A stretch of DNA of 64,000 nucleotides from Microcoleus sp. (GTDB taxonomy: Bacteria; Cyanobacteriota; Cyanobacteriia; Cyanobacteriales; Microcoleaceae): assembly GCA_042408215.1 (NCBI GenBank), contig JAYFMW010000010.1, positions 96,001-160,000 on the forward strand, read 5' to 3'. Within the stretch, counting starts at the first letter, position 1, and each line of letters starts with the position of its first letter. Below are positions 1 through 10,197 of the stretch, piece by piece. The notes below the pieces were generated by a model. It worked only from the letters and a program-made list of their open reading frames with translations. It searched no databases and was not told the DNA's origin. A program made the position numbers and the translations under genes.

Positions 1-1
1 G

Positions 2-133
2 AAAAAATTGATGGATCGTCGCGGGTTGGCTTCTGGATATGTACTATCTGAAACTGGGCCTGGTTCTGTTGATGTGGATAGATATCTGGAGGAGACACCG
101 GTTGAGGAAAATGTTTCTCCTATTTCTCCCTAG
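2..133 (+). CDS. 3' end of a probable COP23-domain protein (partial, runs off window)
   Basis: Frame 2 reads KKLMDRRGLASGYVLSETGPGSVDVDRYLEETPVEENVSPISP*, resembling the C-termini of the COP23-like ORFs in this window (e.g. LLAVRVRASGPLNESTSRVYIDMSEYLEQAAVE). Confidence 0.6.
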   Translation, partial: KKLMDRRGLASGYVLSETGPGSVDVDRYLEETPVEENVSPISP

Positions 134-189
134 GCGATTTGTATTCATTATGGGCGATCGATTCCCCTAGCGCGTGTTTTGAAACCCGG

Positions 190-785
190 AGATCCCCCCT
201 AGCCCCCCTTAAGAAGGGGGGGACAAGAGAGCATTCAAAGTCACCCCCTACTCCCCTTCTTAAGGGGGATTTAGGGCGATCGAACCCTGGATAAAAACGA
301 TAAAAACACAAAAAACTCAAAGTCACCCCCTACTCCCCTTCTTAAGGGGGATTTAGGGCGATCGAACCCTGGATAAAAACGATAAAAACACAAAAAACTC
401 AAAGTCACCCCCTACTCCCCTTCTTAAGGGGGATTTAGGGCGATCGAACCCTGGATAAAAACGATAAAAACACAAAAAACTCAAAGTCACCCCCTACTCC
501 CCTTCTTAAGGGGGATTTAGGGGGATCGAAACTTCGATACAAACGAGAGAAACCCAAGAAAACTCAAAGTCACCCCCTACTCCCCTTCTTAAGGGGGATT
601 TAGGGGGATCGAAACTTCGATACAAACGACGAAACCCAAGAAAACTCAAAGTCACCCCCTACTCCCCTTCTTAAGGGGGATTTAGGGAGATCGAAACTTG
701 GACACAAACGATAGAAACCCAGGAAAACTCAAAGTCCCCCTTCTTAAGGGGGATTTAGGGGGATCGAACCCTCGATACCAACGAG
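190..785. repeat. Tandem array of seven 82-83 bp units of the palindromic CCCCTTCTTAAGGGGGATTTAGGGGGATC repeat family
   Basis: AAAGTC unit starts at 237, 319, 401, 483, 566, 648 and 731. The same core is dispersed at about 7800, 9030, 10040, 19070, 22685, 25800 and 29440. Confidence 0.95.
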
Positions 786-846
786 ATTTCCGAAAGTACA
801 AATTAAATTAAGCTCAACTCATCTCTTCCATTCACCAATAAAATCA

Positions 847-2376
847 ATGAACTTCTCTAACAAAATTCCCATCGCCTTAATCGGTACAATTGCAACTATT
901 GTCATCGCCCAACCAACCGCAGTTTTCGCAATATCTGCTGATGAAGTTGGCAAAATAGCTAAATCAATCACAGTCCTGATTGACAGTAAAAATCCCGGTT
1001 CTGGAATCATCATCAAACGGAATGGCAACACTTACACCGTGCTCACAGCCCGTCATGTTTTCAAAGATCCTCAAGCTAAATATGAGATTGTCACGCCTGA
1101 TAATCAGCGCTATTTGCTCAATTATAGCAGCGTGAAAAAACTGCCAAATATTGACTTGGCTGTTGTCGAGTTTACCAGCAGTCAAACCTACAGTGTGGCG
1201 AAGATTGGTGACTCGGATTTGGCGACAGAAGGGAAAGCGGCTTATGTGGCAGGGTTTCCGAAGACTTCAGCGGCGATTAATACTTCGATTTACAATTTCA
1301 CCGATGGGCGGATTACTGCTAATGCTTCTCGACCTTTAGAAGATGGTTATGCGTTGGTGTATAGTAACAATACGCTGCCGGGAATGAGCGGGGGGCCGGT
1401 GTTGAATGAGAATGGTGAGGTGGTGGGAATTCACGGGAGGGCGGATACGAGGGCGGCGGAATCTAGCAGTATTAATCAGGATATTCAAATTGCGAAGACT
1501 GGTTTTAATCTGGGGATTCCGATTAATACGAGTTTGAGATTGTTGGCTTCGTCTCAAGTGGATTTAGGGGTGAAGGTTCCGAGTGCGCCTGTGGCGACTG
1601 GGCCGAAAGCTGATGATTTTTATATTCAGGGTGGGGATAAGTATGAAAAAGGAGATTATCAGGGTGCTTTGGCGGCTTACGACCAAGCTTTACGAATTAA
1701 TCCTAATTATGCCAAGGCCTACTTCACTCGGGGTGCTACCCGCTATAATTTAGGAGACAGCCAAGGTGCGATCGCCGATTACAACCAAGCTTTGCAAATT
1801 AATCCTAACGATGCCTATGCCTACACTAACCGGGGAGCTGCCCGCTCTAACTTAGGAGATAAGCAGGGTGCTATAGCCGATTACAATGAAGCTTTGCGAG
1901 TTAATCCTAATTTTTTCCTAGCCTACAATAACAGGGGTGTCGTACGCTATGTTTTAGGAGATAAGCAGCGAGCGATCGCCGATTTCAACCAAGCCCTGAA
2001 AATTAACCCTAACTTTGCGAATGCCTACATCGGTCGAGGAAATGCCCGCGATGACTTAGGAGATAAGCAGGGAGCGATCGCCGATTTTAACCAAGCCCTG
2101 AAAATTAACCCTAACTCTGTTGATGCCTACGGCAGCCGGGCTGCGGTCCGCCTCAAATTAGGAGACAAGCAGGGCGCGATTGCCGATTGCAACCAAGCCC
2201 TGAAAATTGACCCTAACAATGCTGGTGTCTACGCGCTCCGCGGTGGAGCCCGCTATGGCTTAGGAGACAAGCAGGGTACAATTCAAGACTTGCAAAAAGC
2301 AGCAGAATTATTTCAACAGCAAGGAGATCGAGAAAGCTATCAAAAAGTCCTTAACACTCTTAGGAAACTTCAGTAA
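847..2376 (+). CDS. Secreted trypsin-like serine protease with TPR repeats
   Basis: Signal-like N-terminus; triad motifs LTARHV, DLA, PGMSGGP; about seven 34-aa TPRs (AIADYNQALQINPN). Confidence 0.9.
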   Translation: MNFSNKIPIALIGTIATIVIAQPTAVFAISADEVGKIAKSITVLIDSKNPGSGIIIKRNGNTYTVLTARHVFKDPQAKYEIVTPDNQRYLLNYSSVKKLPNIDLAVVEFTSSQTYSVAKIGDSDLATEGKAAYVAGFPKTSAAINTSIYNFTDGRITANASRPLEDGYALVYSNNTLPGMSGGPVLNENGEVVGIHGRADTRAAESSSINQDIQIAKTGFNLGIPINTSLRLLASSQVDLGVKVPSAPVATGPKADDFYIQGGDKYEKGDYQGALAAYDQALRINPNYAKAYFTRGATRYNLGDSQGAIADYNQALQINPNDAYAYTNRGAARSNLGDKQGAIADYNEALRVNPNFFLAYNNRGVVRYVLGDKQRAIADFNQALKINPNFANAYIGRGNARDDLGDKQGAIADFNQALKINPNSVDAYGSRAAVRLKLGDKQGAIADCNQALKIDPNNAGVYALRGGARYGLGDKQGTIQDLQKAAELFQQQGDRESYQKVLNTLRKLQ

Positions 2377-2721
2377 ACTGCAACAAATTCCCAAAGATCC
2401 AGCGCATTACTAACCGCTAATAGATCATTAATACCTGGTAAATCCTCTGCCCTTCCCTCTGACGGAAGTCTGTACGAGCAACATACCTTTCAAGGTCGTG
2501 CTGGTCAATCAGTTACAATTACCTTAGAAAGCCGTGATTTTGATACTTACGTCGCCATTTTTAGCCCTGATGGAAAACTGTTAGCAAAAAATGACGACAT
2601 CAGCAAATCAAGTTCCAATTCTGGCCTCACCGTCACCTTACCCGCCAGCGGTCGCTATCGCGTGATTGTCAATGCTTATAAAAAAGGCGAAGGAGGCCGA
2701 TACACTTTGACAGTCCGCTAG
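2377..2721 (+). pseudogene. Start-less PPC (pre-peptidase C-terminal) domain in frame behind the protease stop codon
   Basis: 114 open codons follow TAA 2374-2376 in the same frame: ...DGSLYEQHTFQGRAGQSVTITLESRDFDTYVAIFSPDGKLLAKNDD...LPASGRYRVIVNAYKKGEGGRYTLTVR*. No ATG. Confidence 0.75.
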
Positions 2722-2750
2722 TACAAATTACATACAGACTTTGCAACGAC

Positions 2751-2988
2751 CAAAGAAACCGGGTTTTTTACCGAATCTGCGAGTAACAACCAAGTATTTT
2801 CGGAAAAACCCGGTTTCTGAGCCCCCAAAACTCTCAAAGAAACCGGGTTTTTTACCGAATCTGTGGGTAACAACGAAGTATTTTCGTAAAAACCCGGTTT
2901 CTGAGCCCCCAAAACTCTCAAAGAAACCGGGTTTTTTACCGAATCTGTGGGTAACAACGAAGTATTTTCGTAAAAACCCGGTTTCTGA
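2751..2988. repeat. Three tandem 84-bp units with GAAACCGGGTTTTT...AAAAACCCGGTTTC inverted arms
   Basis: Units start at 2751, 2835 and 2919. Related copies at about 6800, 19795, 47300, 61160 and 63275. Confidence 0.9.
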
Positions 2989-3063
2989 ACCCTCATGCGT
3001 AAGTCCTAATTCTGTAACTTTCGCGTCCAATCTCACCATAATCTGACAACTGCCTCAATAAAT

Positions 3064-4524
3064 TTATTTGCTGTCTTGAACTTCCAGCGACTTAATCATC
3101 TTCTCAACAACCGGCAAAAACTGCTCGTACTTCCCCGCTTCCGCCTCATAGGTAATCAAATAAGCCTTGTCATGTTTCATCGTCCAAATATTCAACTTTT
3201 TCAACTCTCGATTCCCGTCTTTGGTTGTATAAACAACTCTATACCCATTTTTGCCTGCCAGAGTAGATGCACCCTCTTGAGCTATCTTAGCATTTTTATC
3301 TAACTTCAGTATTTCTTCTTTAGATAACTTCGTATATTCATCAAGGGTTTTATTATTCGTCGTAGGTTCAACTGTCACAATCAGCCGTTCTTGAAATTTA
3401 TCGCCCTCGTTTTCTTTCGATGAAATAAATTGAACCACCTCTTTAGTAATGGGGTTAGACTCTTCTTGTTTGTCCCAATTATCGGGATATTTGATTTTAA
3501 TGCCTTGGGCTGTATTGTCATAACTTGCCAGATTATCCGCAGCCTCCAATCCCACCATTTTTCTAATTTCTGGTGTCAATAATGCTGCTACACCAAATAT
3601 GGCAGCCAAACAAAGCCCCGCCAAACCAATTTTATGATCTCGTGTCCAGTTACTCATTAATGTCAATAAGTTAGGAGATGATACTACAGTAGAAGATGGT
3701 CGAATTCTCCTCAAATTGTTGAAAGCTTGCAACACCTCTGCGGCTGACTGGTAGCGATCGCGAAAATGATAGCGCACCATTTTGTTTAAAATATTAGCAA
3801 AACCATCGCTAACTTGAGCCCGATCGCGCCAAACAATTTCACCATTAGCATCCTTTGGCAACTCGTGAGGAAGTACGCCCGTCAGCCATTCAATCCCAGT
3901 CATTCCCACAGCATAGATATCGCTGCCAAAGTTAGGATGTCCGTTGTTTTGTTCCGCTGGCGTATAACCATTTGTACCGATGCCAATAGTCGGCGGTATT
4001 TGCCCTGTGGTGTTAACTATGTGAGTGCTAATTTGTTTGACCGCCCCAAAGTCAATTAAGAATATTTTGCGATCGGAATTGCGCCTCATTAAATTAGCAG
4101 GTTTAATATCCCGGTGGATGACTTTGTGCTGCTGAACAAACACCAATATTTCGATTATCTCCTGCAAAATAGCCACAACTTCCGACTCGCTAAGCCGCTG
4201 GCCAGGGGTAATTTCTTTACTTAAATCTATCCCCTCAATCAACTCCTGAACTAAATAAAATTCCTGATTTTCCTCAAAGTGATCCAAAAGTTCGGGAATC
4301 TGACGATAAGTGCCTAGATTGTGGAGGGTGTCTGTTTCTGTTTTAAATAAACGTCTAGCTATACTTAGAGTTTGTGGATCGGTAGATTGGGGCTTGAGTT
4401 GCTTCACGACACACCGAAGATTACCCGATCGCCTTTGATCTTCAGCCAGGTAAGTCTGACCGAAGCCACCGCCTCCCAAGTGTTTTATGATGTAGTAGCG
4501 TCCTTCGAGTGTTTTTCCTTGCAT
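3064..4524 (-). CDS. Hanks-type Ser/Thr kinase with TM helix and C-terminal PsbP-like extracytoplasmic domain
   Basis: LGGGGFG, HRDIKPAN, DFG; TM segment; C-terminus GIKIKYPDNW...YLITYEA...KMIKSL typical of PsbP/DcrB-like folds. Confidence 0.85.
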   Translation of the reverse strand: MQGKTLEGRYYIIKHLGGGGFGQTYLAEDQRRSGNLRCVVKQLKPQSTDPQTLSIARRLFKTETDTLHNLGTYRQIPELLDHFEENQEFYLVQELIEGIDLSKEITPGQRLSESEVVAILQEIIEILVFVQQHKVIHRDIKPANLMRRNSDRKIFLIDFGAVKQISTHIVNTTGQIPPTIGIGTNGYTPAEQNNGHPNFGSDIYAVGMTGIEWLTGVLPHELPKDANGEIVWRDRAQVSDGFANILNKMVRYHFRDRYQSAAEVLQAFNNLRRIRPSSTVVSSPNLLTLMSNWTRDHKIGLAGLCLAAIFGVAALLTPEIRKMVGLEAADNLASYDNTAQGIKIKYPDNWDKQEESNPITKEVVQFISSKENEGDKFQERLIVTVEPTTNNKTLDEYTKLSKEEILKLDKNAKIAQEGASTLAGKNGYRVVYTTKDGNRELKKLNIWTMKHDKAYLITYEAEAGKYEQFLPVVEKMIKSLEVQDSK

Positions 4525-4703
4525 GATATTTATGTTGGCTAGCAGTAGTGTGCTGGCGGAACTATTGATAGTTTAGTTTAGTTCGGGAAACCTGTCATCT
4601 TTAACGGCTAGGTTGAGACTATCTCAATTTGGTAGGGTATTTTTGTCAAAAAAACTAAAAGTACGATCGCCCCCAACATTCTCAAAGGCGCGATCGTACA
4701 AAA

Positions 4704-6290
4704 CTACACAACCACTTCGACTTTCACCTCATCTTCGAGCGCGATTTTCTCCTGCAAAAACAGTGCGACTTGCTCCTCAATTTCTCGCCTCACAATATCG
4801 CGATACTCCACAAAGTGCTCGATTTGCGCGCATACCGCCAGATAACTACTCACCCCACCTAAATTGTATCGGCACATATTCCAGAGATTGCGCCAAAACT
4901 GCCAACGAGTTTTGCGGATGAAACCCTGCCGCCAACAGATAGTCAAAAAGGCACGAATCACGATCCAATCGATCGGTTTATTTGCCCTTTTCCCTTTATT
5001 TGGATAAGTCGCTTCGCCCAGAATACGGTAGTGTCGATAAGCGCGATCGAGAAATTTTTCTGGATCGTACAATTCGTCGAATGCCTCGACAAATTCGCGG
5101 GCAATTTCTTCTAGCGGGCGAGTCGGGACAAAATTCATCAACGTAGTTTGGTTGATATTAGCAGATTTACTGCGAAGCCGCCCTTCCTTTGCCAGTCGAT
5201 GCCAGAGTGCTGTATCCGGCAAGGCTTGCAGCATACTAAACAGTGCAGTCGGAATTGAAGTTTGCTCGACAAACTTGACAATTCTCGCCCCAGCACCTGT
5301 TTTCTCGCCATCAAAGCCGATGATGAAACCAGCCATTACTCGCAAGCCCGATCGGGTAATTGCTAGTACGGCATCGCCGAGAGAATCTCGCGTGTTTTGA
5401 TGTTTTTGAGTCAGCTTTAAACTCTCTTCATCTGGTGTTTCAATTCCCAGAAATACAGCACCAAAATTGCATTGCACCATCATATCCATTAATTCTTGAT
5501 CCTGTGCTATATCGACAGATGCTTCCGTCGCAAAGGAGAAAGGATATTGATGCTCTACCATCCAGGGTAGGAGCTCTTTTAGAAACAGTTTGACATTGCG
5601 TTTATTCCCGATAAAATTATCATCAACCATGAAAATGCTGCGCCGCCAGCCTAACTCATAAAGGCGGTTGAGTTCATTGAGCAATTGTTCTGGTGCTTTG
5701 GTGCGCGGTTTGCGGCCGTAGAGGACAATGATGTCACAGAATTCGCACTGGAAAGGACATCCCCGCGAAAATTGTACCGACATTTCGGCATAAGCATCAA
5801 ATTGCAGCAAATCAAATCGAGGAATCGGGGTGGTGGTAACATCTGGCCTTTCGCCGTTGGCGCGGAATATGCCAGATTGTTCACCTCGGGCGATCGCATC
5901 CACAAACATTGGTAAAGTAATTTCACCCTCATCTAGAATCAAATAATCTGTGCCAACATCTGTCACTTCGTTGGGTAAAGCGGTAGGATAGGGGCCGCCC
6001 ACAGCAACTCGTTTACCCCGCCGTTTTGCTTCCTGAATCTGAGCTAATAAATCTTCCTTTTGGACGATCATCGCAGACAGAATCACCAATTCTGCCCAAT
6101 CCCAGTCAGCTTCTGTCACTGAACTTACATTGCGATCGACTAACTTGAATTCCCATGCTTGGGGTAAAATAGCGGCTACTGTTACCAATCCTAGCGGGGG
6201 TAGCATGGCTTTGCGATCGAGTAATGCTAGGGTTTTCTCAAACGACCAAAAGCTTTTGGGAAAGAGAGGATAGAGGAGTAAAACATTCAT
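4704..6290 (-). CDS. B12-binding radical SAM protein (DUF4070 C-terminus)
   Basis: PPLGL, GGPYPT, SRGCPFQCEFC (CxxxCxxC), DDNF, GIETP, GFIIGFD. Confidence 0.9.
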   Translation of the reverse strand: MNVLLLYPLFPKSFWSFEKTLALLDRKAMLPPLGLVTVAAILPQAWEFKLVDRNVSSVTEADWDWAELVILSAMIVQKEDLLAQIQEAKRRGKRVAVGGPYPTALPNEVTDVGTDYLILDEGEITLPMFVDAIARGEQSGIFRANGERPDVTTTPIPRFDLLQFDAYAEMSVQFSRGCPFQCEFCDIIVLYGRKPRTKAPEQLLNELNRLYELGWRRSIFMVDDNFIGNKRNVKLFLKELLPWMVEHQYPFSFATEASVDIAQDQELMDMMVQCNFGAVFLGIETPDEESLKLTQKHQNTRDSLGDAVLAITRSGLRVMAGFIIGFDGEKTGAGARIVKFVEQTSIPTALFSMLQALPDTALWHRLAKEGRLRSKSANINQTTLMNFVPTRPLEEIAREFVEAFDELYDPEKFLDRAYRHYRILGEATYPNKGKRANKPIDWIVIRAFLTICWRQGFIRKTRWQFWRNLWNMCRYNLGGVSSYLAVCAQIEHFVEYRDIVRREIEEQVALFLQEKIALEDEVKVEVVV

Positions 6291-6690
6291 CAGAAAAATG
6301 GGTTGAAACCCCGTCCTTTTAGGACGGCTTTACGATTTCACTACCGCCTTGGGGCTGTTTAATTTGGTGTACTTTTGTAATGTACTTTTGGTGGGACAGT
6401 TACCACCTCAAATTTCGCAGCCCTGTACGCATAGTGATTTGCTACCGAAGTAGCCTCCCTTTCGGGGTAAGGTTAGCTTGTCGGTCAATGTTATAAGAGC
6501 TTGTGCCGGCCGAAAGCACTGTTCCAGTGACCTTAGAACTGTTTAACCTTCAGCGACAGAGCGGGGAACTAGCTTCGCATTCCGGGGTGTCGTGACTCAA
6601 ATAACGTAGACCTCTAAAGTCTTAGGCTGGTCAGAATGGCTTGTTTGATTACTCTTACAAGCCCCGTCTCTTAAGAGCGGGGTTCCTGAC
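6291..6690. mobile_element. 400-bp non-autonomous IS200/IS605 (IscB-type) element carrying only a HEARO/omega RNA
   Basis: Left end TTCAT|CAGAAAAATGGGTT-GAAA-CCCCGTCCTTTTAGGACGG; right end CAAG-CCCCGTCTCTTAAGAGCGGGG-TTCC-TGAC|. No long ORF inside. Confidence 0.8.
6450..6690 (-). ncRNA. HEARO / omega RNA scaffold
   Basis: Minus strand reads GTCAGGAACCCC...GACCAGCCTAAG...CTACGTT...GACACCCCGGAATGC...CTAGTTCC...CTCTGTC...GGTTAAACAG...AACATTG...TTACCCCGAAAGGGAGG, the ordered HEARO hallmark blocks. 3' boundary approximate. Confidence 0.8.
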
Positions 6691-6794
6691 AACAGAAACT
6701 CAAAGATAGGACATCCCCTCGTGAGGTAAAATATTAGGATTTAAGATTATCCTAAAACATTGATATTTTAACACTTTTAGGACTTACGATGGGG

Positions 6795-6870
6795 AGCCAG
6801 AAACCGGGGTTTTTTTACGAAAATATTTCCTTCGATCCCGCAGATTCGGTAAAAAACCCGGTTTCTTTGG
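6795..6870. repeat. Dispersed copy (reverse orientation) of the 84-bp GAAACCGGGTTT palindrome family
   Basis: Matches the reverse complement of the units at 2751-2988. Confidence 0.85.
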
Positions 6871-7068
6871 TGGGAGTGCGTCCAAGACTGACTTTAATGG
6901 AGCCGATGTCGATCGCTCTTTAGGCAGGAATTACGCAAGTTTTTAAGTTTTACACTGTCTGTAGTAGTAAGGGCTTGTGGGCGGCACCCTACCTATGGAG
7001 GTTCTGCGTCCAAGACTGTTTCAGAGATGCTTCGCTGCGCTCATAATGACAAAACTATAATGACAAAA

Positions 7069-7761
7069 TTATATTGAAAAGATTGTTTTCCAAGCAATAA
7101 TTGAGAGGGCAAAATCGGCGATCGCGTGACTGATGTAACTCGGCAAAAGCGAACGATAGGTGAGATAACACCAGGACCAAATTACCCCGGCTAGGAATAC
7201 AGCTAAGGAGCCTAAAATCACCCCGCGCCAGTCGGTATAAGCTGCTAAAACAATGATATGATGGAGCGTAAACAACAGCGCGCTCAGAAATATCGCTCCG
7301 GTTCCAGGTATGAGAATCTCGCACTTTCTGTAGACAAACCAGCGCCAAATATATTCTTCAATAAACGAGTTGATTAGTACAAAATATGCTTGGACTATCC
7401 AGAAAATAGTGGGATTGCTCAGCCCCATTTGTTGCACCTTTGATTTGGCATCAATCCCATCGATCCAGTGCTCACCGAAAAGCCAGTATGTACCCAGAAT
7501 AATGCCGAACATTAACAGTCCCAAAACCGTGCCTGCTAACAATTCTTGATGCTTCGGTTGGGATAAATGCAGTTGGTAGCGATCTCCCCAAACAGACCAC
7601 GCGATGGATAGCCCTAGCAACCAAACCCCGCACAATACTGATACTATTGTTCCCACAATTCCGGGAGCAATAAATAAGGACATTGCTACACCAATGCTAG
7701 CAGCAGGTACTAACAGAATTAGCGCTAATTGTGCATTTTGGCGATCGCTATCTTCGAGCAT
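7069..7761 (-). CDS. CPBP (CAAX/Abi) family intramembrane metalloprotease
   Basis: EEYIWR, FTLHH and YISHAIAD motifs; multiple TM helices. Confidence 0.85.
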   Translation of the reverse strand: MLEDSDRQNAQLALILLVPAASIGVAMSLFIAPGIVGTIVSVLCGVWLLGLSIAWSVWGDRYQLHLSQPKHQELLAGTVLGLLMFGIILGTYWLFGEHWIDGIDAKSKVQQMGLSNPTIFWIVQAYFVLINSFIEEYIWRWFVYRKCEILIPGTGAIFLSALLFTLHHIIVLAAYTDWRGVILGSLAVFLAGVIWSWCYLTYRSLLPSYISHAIADFALSIIAWKTIFSI

Positions 7762-7794
7762 TATAAATCCTCATGGCTAGGGTGTGTTTTTAAA

Positions 7795-7905
7795 CCCGGA
7801 GATCCCCCCTAGCCCCCCTTAAAAAGGGGGGAACCGGAGCATTCAAAGTCAACCCCTACTCACACCCTACTCCCTTCTTAAGGGGGATGCGAGGGGGATC
7901 GAAAC
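7795..7905. repeat. Dispersed CCCCCTAGCCCCCCTTAA...AAGGGGGAT palindromic repeat
   Basis: Same family as 190-785. Confidence 0.85.
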
Positions 7906-7935
7906 TCGGGGATCTAACAGAAAAGCGTTTTACCT

Positions 7936-8844
7936 TTAATTAGGTTGACTTTGCAATACCCCACCTGCGATCGCAGTCCAAATCGCCACACCAAATGCCA
8001 GCCTATACCACACAAAAATCCACGTATTCTGAGTTTGCAGAAACTTCAGCAGCCACGCGATGGAAGCATAGGAAAATATAAACGCTGAAATTGTTCCCAC
8101 TATCAAAGCTACAACAGCACCTTCGCCTAATCCTTCTCCCAAAGCACCCTTCAATTCCACTAAACCAGCCAGAGTAATTGCCGGAATTCCTAACAAGAAA
8201 GAAAACCGCGCCGCCGCTGCTCTTTCCAATCCCATGAACAATCCTGCTGTTAGCGTAGAACCCGATCGCGAAACACCGGGAATTATTGCCATTGCTTGAG
8301 CTAATCCCATTATAATACCATCTTTGACATCTAATTTTTCGTACTCCCGTTTATGCTTGCCAGTTTTTTCCGCTATTGCTAACAGCAACGACATGACGAT
8401 GGAAGCAGTGGCGATCGCCCCCAAACTCCGCAGCGGCGAGTTGTCAAAGTCTTTAACCAATATCTTGATTAACAGTCCAAAAAAGATAATCGGTATTGTC
8501 CCCAAACCAATCCCCAGGGCCATCCGAAACTCTTGGGAATCGTAGTCTTTGCTGGTAATAGCTTTAAATGCACCAATAGTTATAGTTGTCAAGTCTTTCC
8601 AAAAATATAACAGCACTGCCACAATGCTGCCCAATTGAATTACAGCAACATAAGCAACGCCGGGATCGTGGCCCCATAGGGCGATCGGCACGACTTTCAA
8701 ATGAGCGCTGCTGCTGATGGGCAAAAATTCTGTTAATCCTTGGACAATGCCTAAAACAATCGCCTCAAACACATTAATTTGAGCAGGCCCAGAAACATCA
8801 GCAGCGGGCGTTTGGGCGAGGAGTACATCAAGCAAAGCAATCAT
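7936..8844 (-). CDS. uppP: Undecaprenyl-diphosphate phosphatase (BacA/UppP)
   Basis: LGIVQGLTEFLPISSSAH and PGVSRSG signatures. Confidence 0.95.
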   Translation of the reverse strand: MIALLDVLLAQTPAADVSGPAQINVFEAIVLGIVQGLTEFLPISSSAHLKVVPIALWGHDPGVAYVAVIQLGSIVAVLLYFWKDLTTITIGAFKAITSKDYDSQEFRMALGIGLGTIPIIFFGLLIKILVKDFDNSPLRSLGAIATASIVMSLLLAIAEKTGKHKREYEKLDVKDGIIMGLAQAMAIIPGVSRSGSTLTAGLFMGLERAAAARFSFLLGIPAITLAGLVELKGALGEGLGEGAVVALIVGTISAFIFSYASIAWLLKFLQTQNTWIFVWYRLAFGVAIWTAIAGGVLQSQPN

Positions 8845-8966
8845 TTTTTGTCAGTTCCTAGTTGTCAGTTTCTAGCAGTCAGTTTCTAGCAGTCAGTCAC
8901 CAGTTATCAGTTGATATCAAATCCGGTGGATTGTACAGGATATCTGTAGGGACACTCCAAGAGTCC

Positions 8967-9157
8967 ATTGGTGTCAACTTAACGTTAAACCCAGTCACAG
9001 ATTGCTGTTTGACCATTAAATCTAGATCCCCCCTAGCCCCCCTTAAGAAGGGGGGGACAGGAGTATTCTTAAAGTCCCCCTTCTTAAGGGGGATTTAGGG
9101 GGATCTGGACTCAGGTAAAAACGAGAGATACCAAGGCTTTCAGGCGATTGTTGACAC
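8967..9157. mobile_element. About 200-bp MITE-like element with ATTGGTGTCAAC/GTTGACAC terminal inverted repeats
   Basis: Close homologs at 9981-10197, 22628-22822 and 25739-25955. Nested within GTAGGGACACTC...GAGTGTCCCTAC arms. Confidence 0.7.
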
Positions 9158-9337
9158 TCCTTATGCACCCTTGAGTGTCCCTACCATAGTGCTTACTGTC
9201 GATCGCAACTAAAAGCAGATTAAAATAGTTTGTCAAAAACCAATTTAACCTACTCACCAGCATTTGCCGACATTGCTGATAAACTTAATCATGTTTTGCA
9301 CGCTTTTTCGCCACTTTACAGCAACCGCCAATAACCT

Positions 9338-9949
9338 ATGATATTTTCCGATACCCAAAATTTAATTGCTACTGCTGCTTCTGGCCAACGCTTGCTGCGG
9401 CGAATCTTGTCTGCTAGTCTTTTAACTGTGACGATCGCACTTAGCTTCATCCTGCTAATCGGCACACCACCAGCCTTCGCAAGTCTCACGGACGATCGCT
9501 TCGACGGTACAATTTATGCTCTCTACGCCGGCAACGGTTCCCTAGTCCCTCCCAAAGTCAAACTCACAGATTCTTTTCAACGCAAAAAACCTGCATTGCT
9601 AGTGTTTTATACAGACGATAGCAGCGACTGCAAGCAATTCGCGATCGTCGTCTCTCAACTTCAGGAATTTTACGGCCGCGAAGCCGATTTTATGCCTGTA
9701 TCCATCGATTCCCTGCCTCCCCAACCCTCACCAGAAATTACCGATCCGAGTCATTACTACAAAGGTTTTGTACCTCAAACTGTGATTCTTGACCAATCAG
9801 GAAAAGTAGTTTTTGATGCTAAAGGACAAGTGGCTTTTGAACAGGTAGATGATGCCTTTCGGAAAGTATTTGACTTGCTACCTAGAGAAAAATCTCTCCC
9901 GCTAAAACGCCGTGTTGTGAACGAACTTAATATCGAATTATCGAAGTAA
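9338..9949 (+). CDS. Thioredoxin-fold membrane-anchored protein, thylakoid photosystem I accumulation factor family
   Basis: DDRFDG-IYALYAGNGSLVPP and FYTDDSSDCKQ motifs; N-terminal TM helix. Confidence 0.7.
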   Translation: MIFSDTQNLIATAASGQRLLRRILSASLLTVTIALSFILLIGTPPAFASLTDDRFDGTIYALYAGNGSLVPPKVKLTDSFQRKKPALLVFYTDDSSDCKQFAIVVSQLQEFYGREADFMPVSIDSLPPQPSPEITDPSHYYKGFVPQTVILDQSGKVVFDAKGQVAFEQVDDAFRKVFDLLPREKSLPLKRRVVNELNIELSK

Positions 9950-9980
9950 ACTGTTGCAATAAGAGGACAGGACACGGCCC

Positions 9981-10197
9981 ATTGGTGTCAACAACCAGCT
10001 CAAACCCAGCCACAGATTGCTGTTTGACTATTAAACTTAGATCCCCCCTAGCCCCCCTTCTTAAGGGGAGTAGGGGGTGGGACAAGAACTTACTCAAAGT
10101 CACCCCCTACTCCCTTCTTAAGGGGGATTTAGGGGGATCTCGCAGTCGCCTATAATCCAGATTTTCTTAAGGGTTTTAGTCTTAAGTTGACACCAAT
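9981..10197. mobile_element. MITE-like element (same family as 8967-9157)
   Basis: Perfect 12-bp TIR ATTGGTGTCAAC...GTTGACACCAAT. Confidence 0.7.

Noticed and set aside
237..785. Possible second CRISPR array
   Set aside because: Inter-core sequences are identical or homologous, and the core is a dispersed palindrome found throughout the window.
2718..3046. Three overlapping ORFs with 28-aa periodicity
   Set aside because: Produced by the 84-bp DNA repeat.
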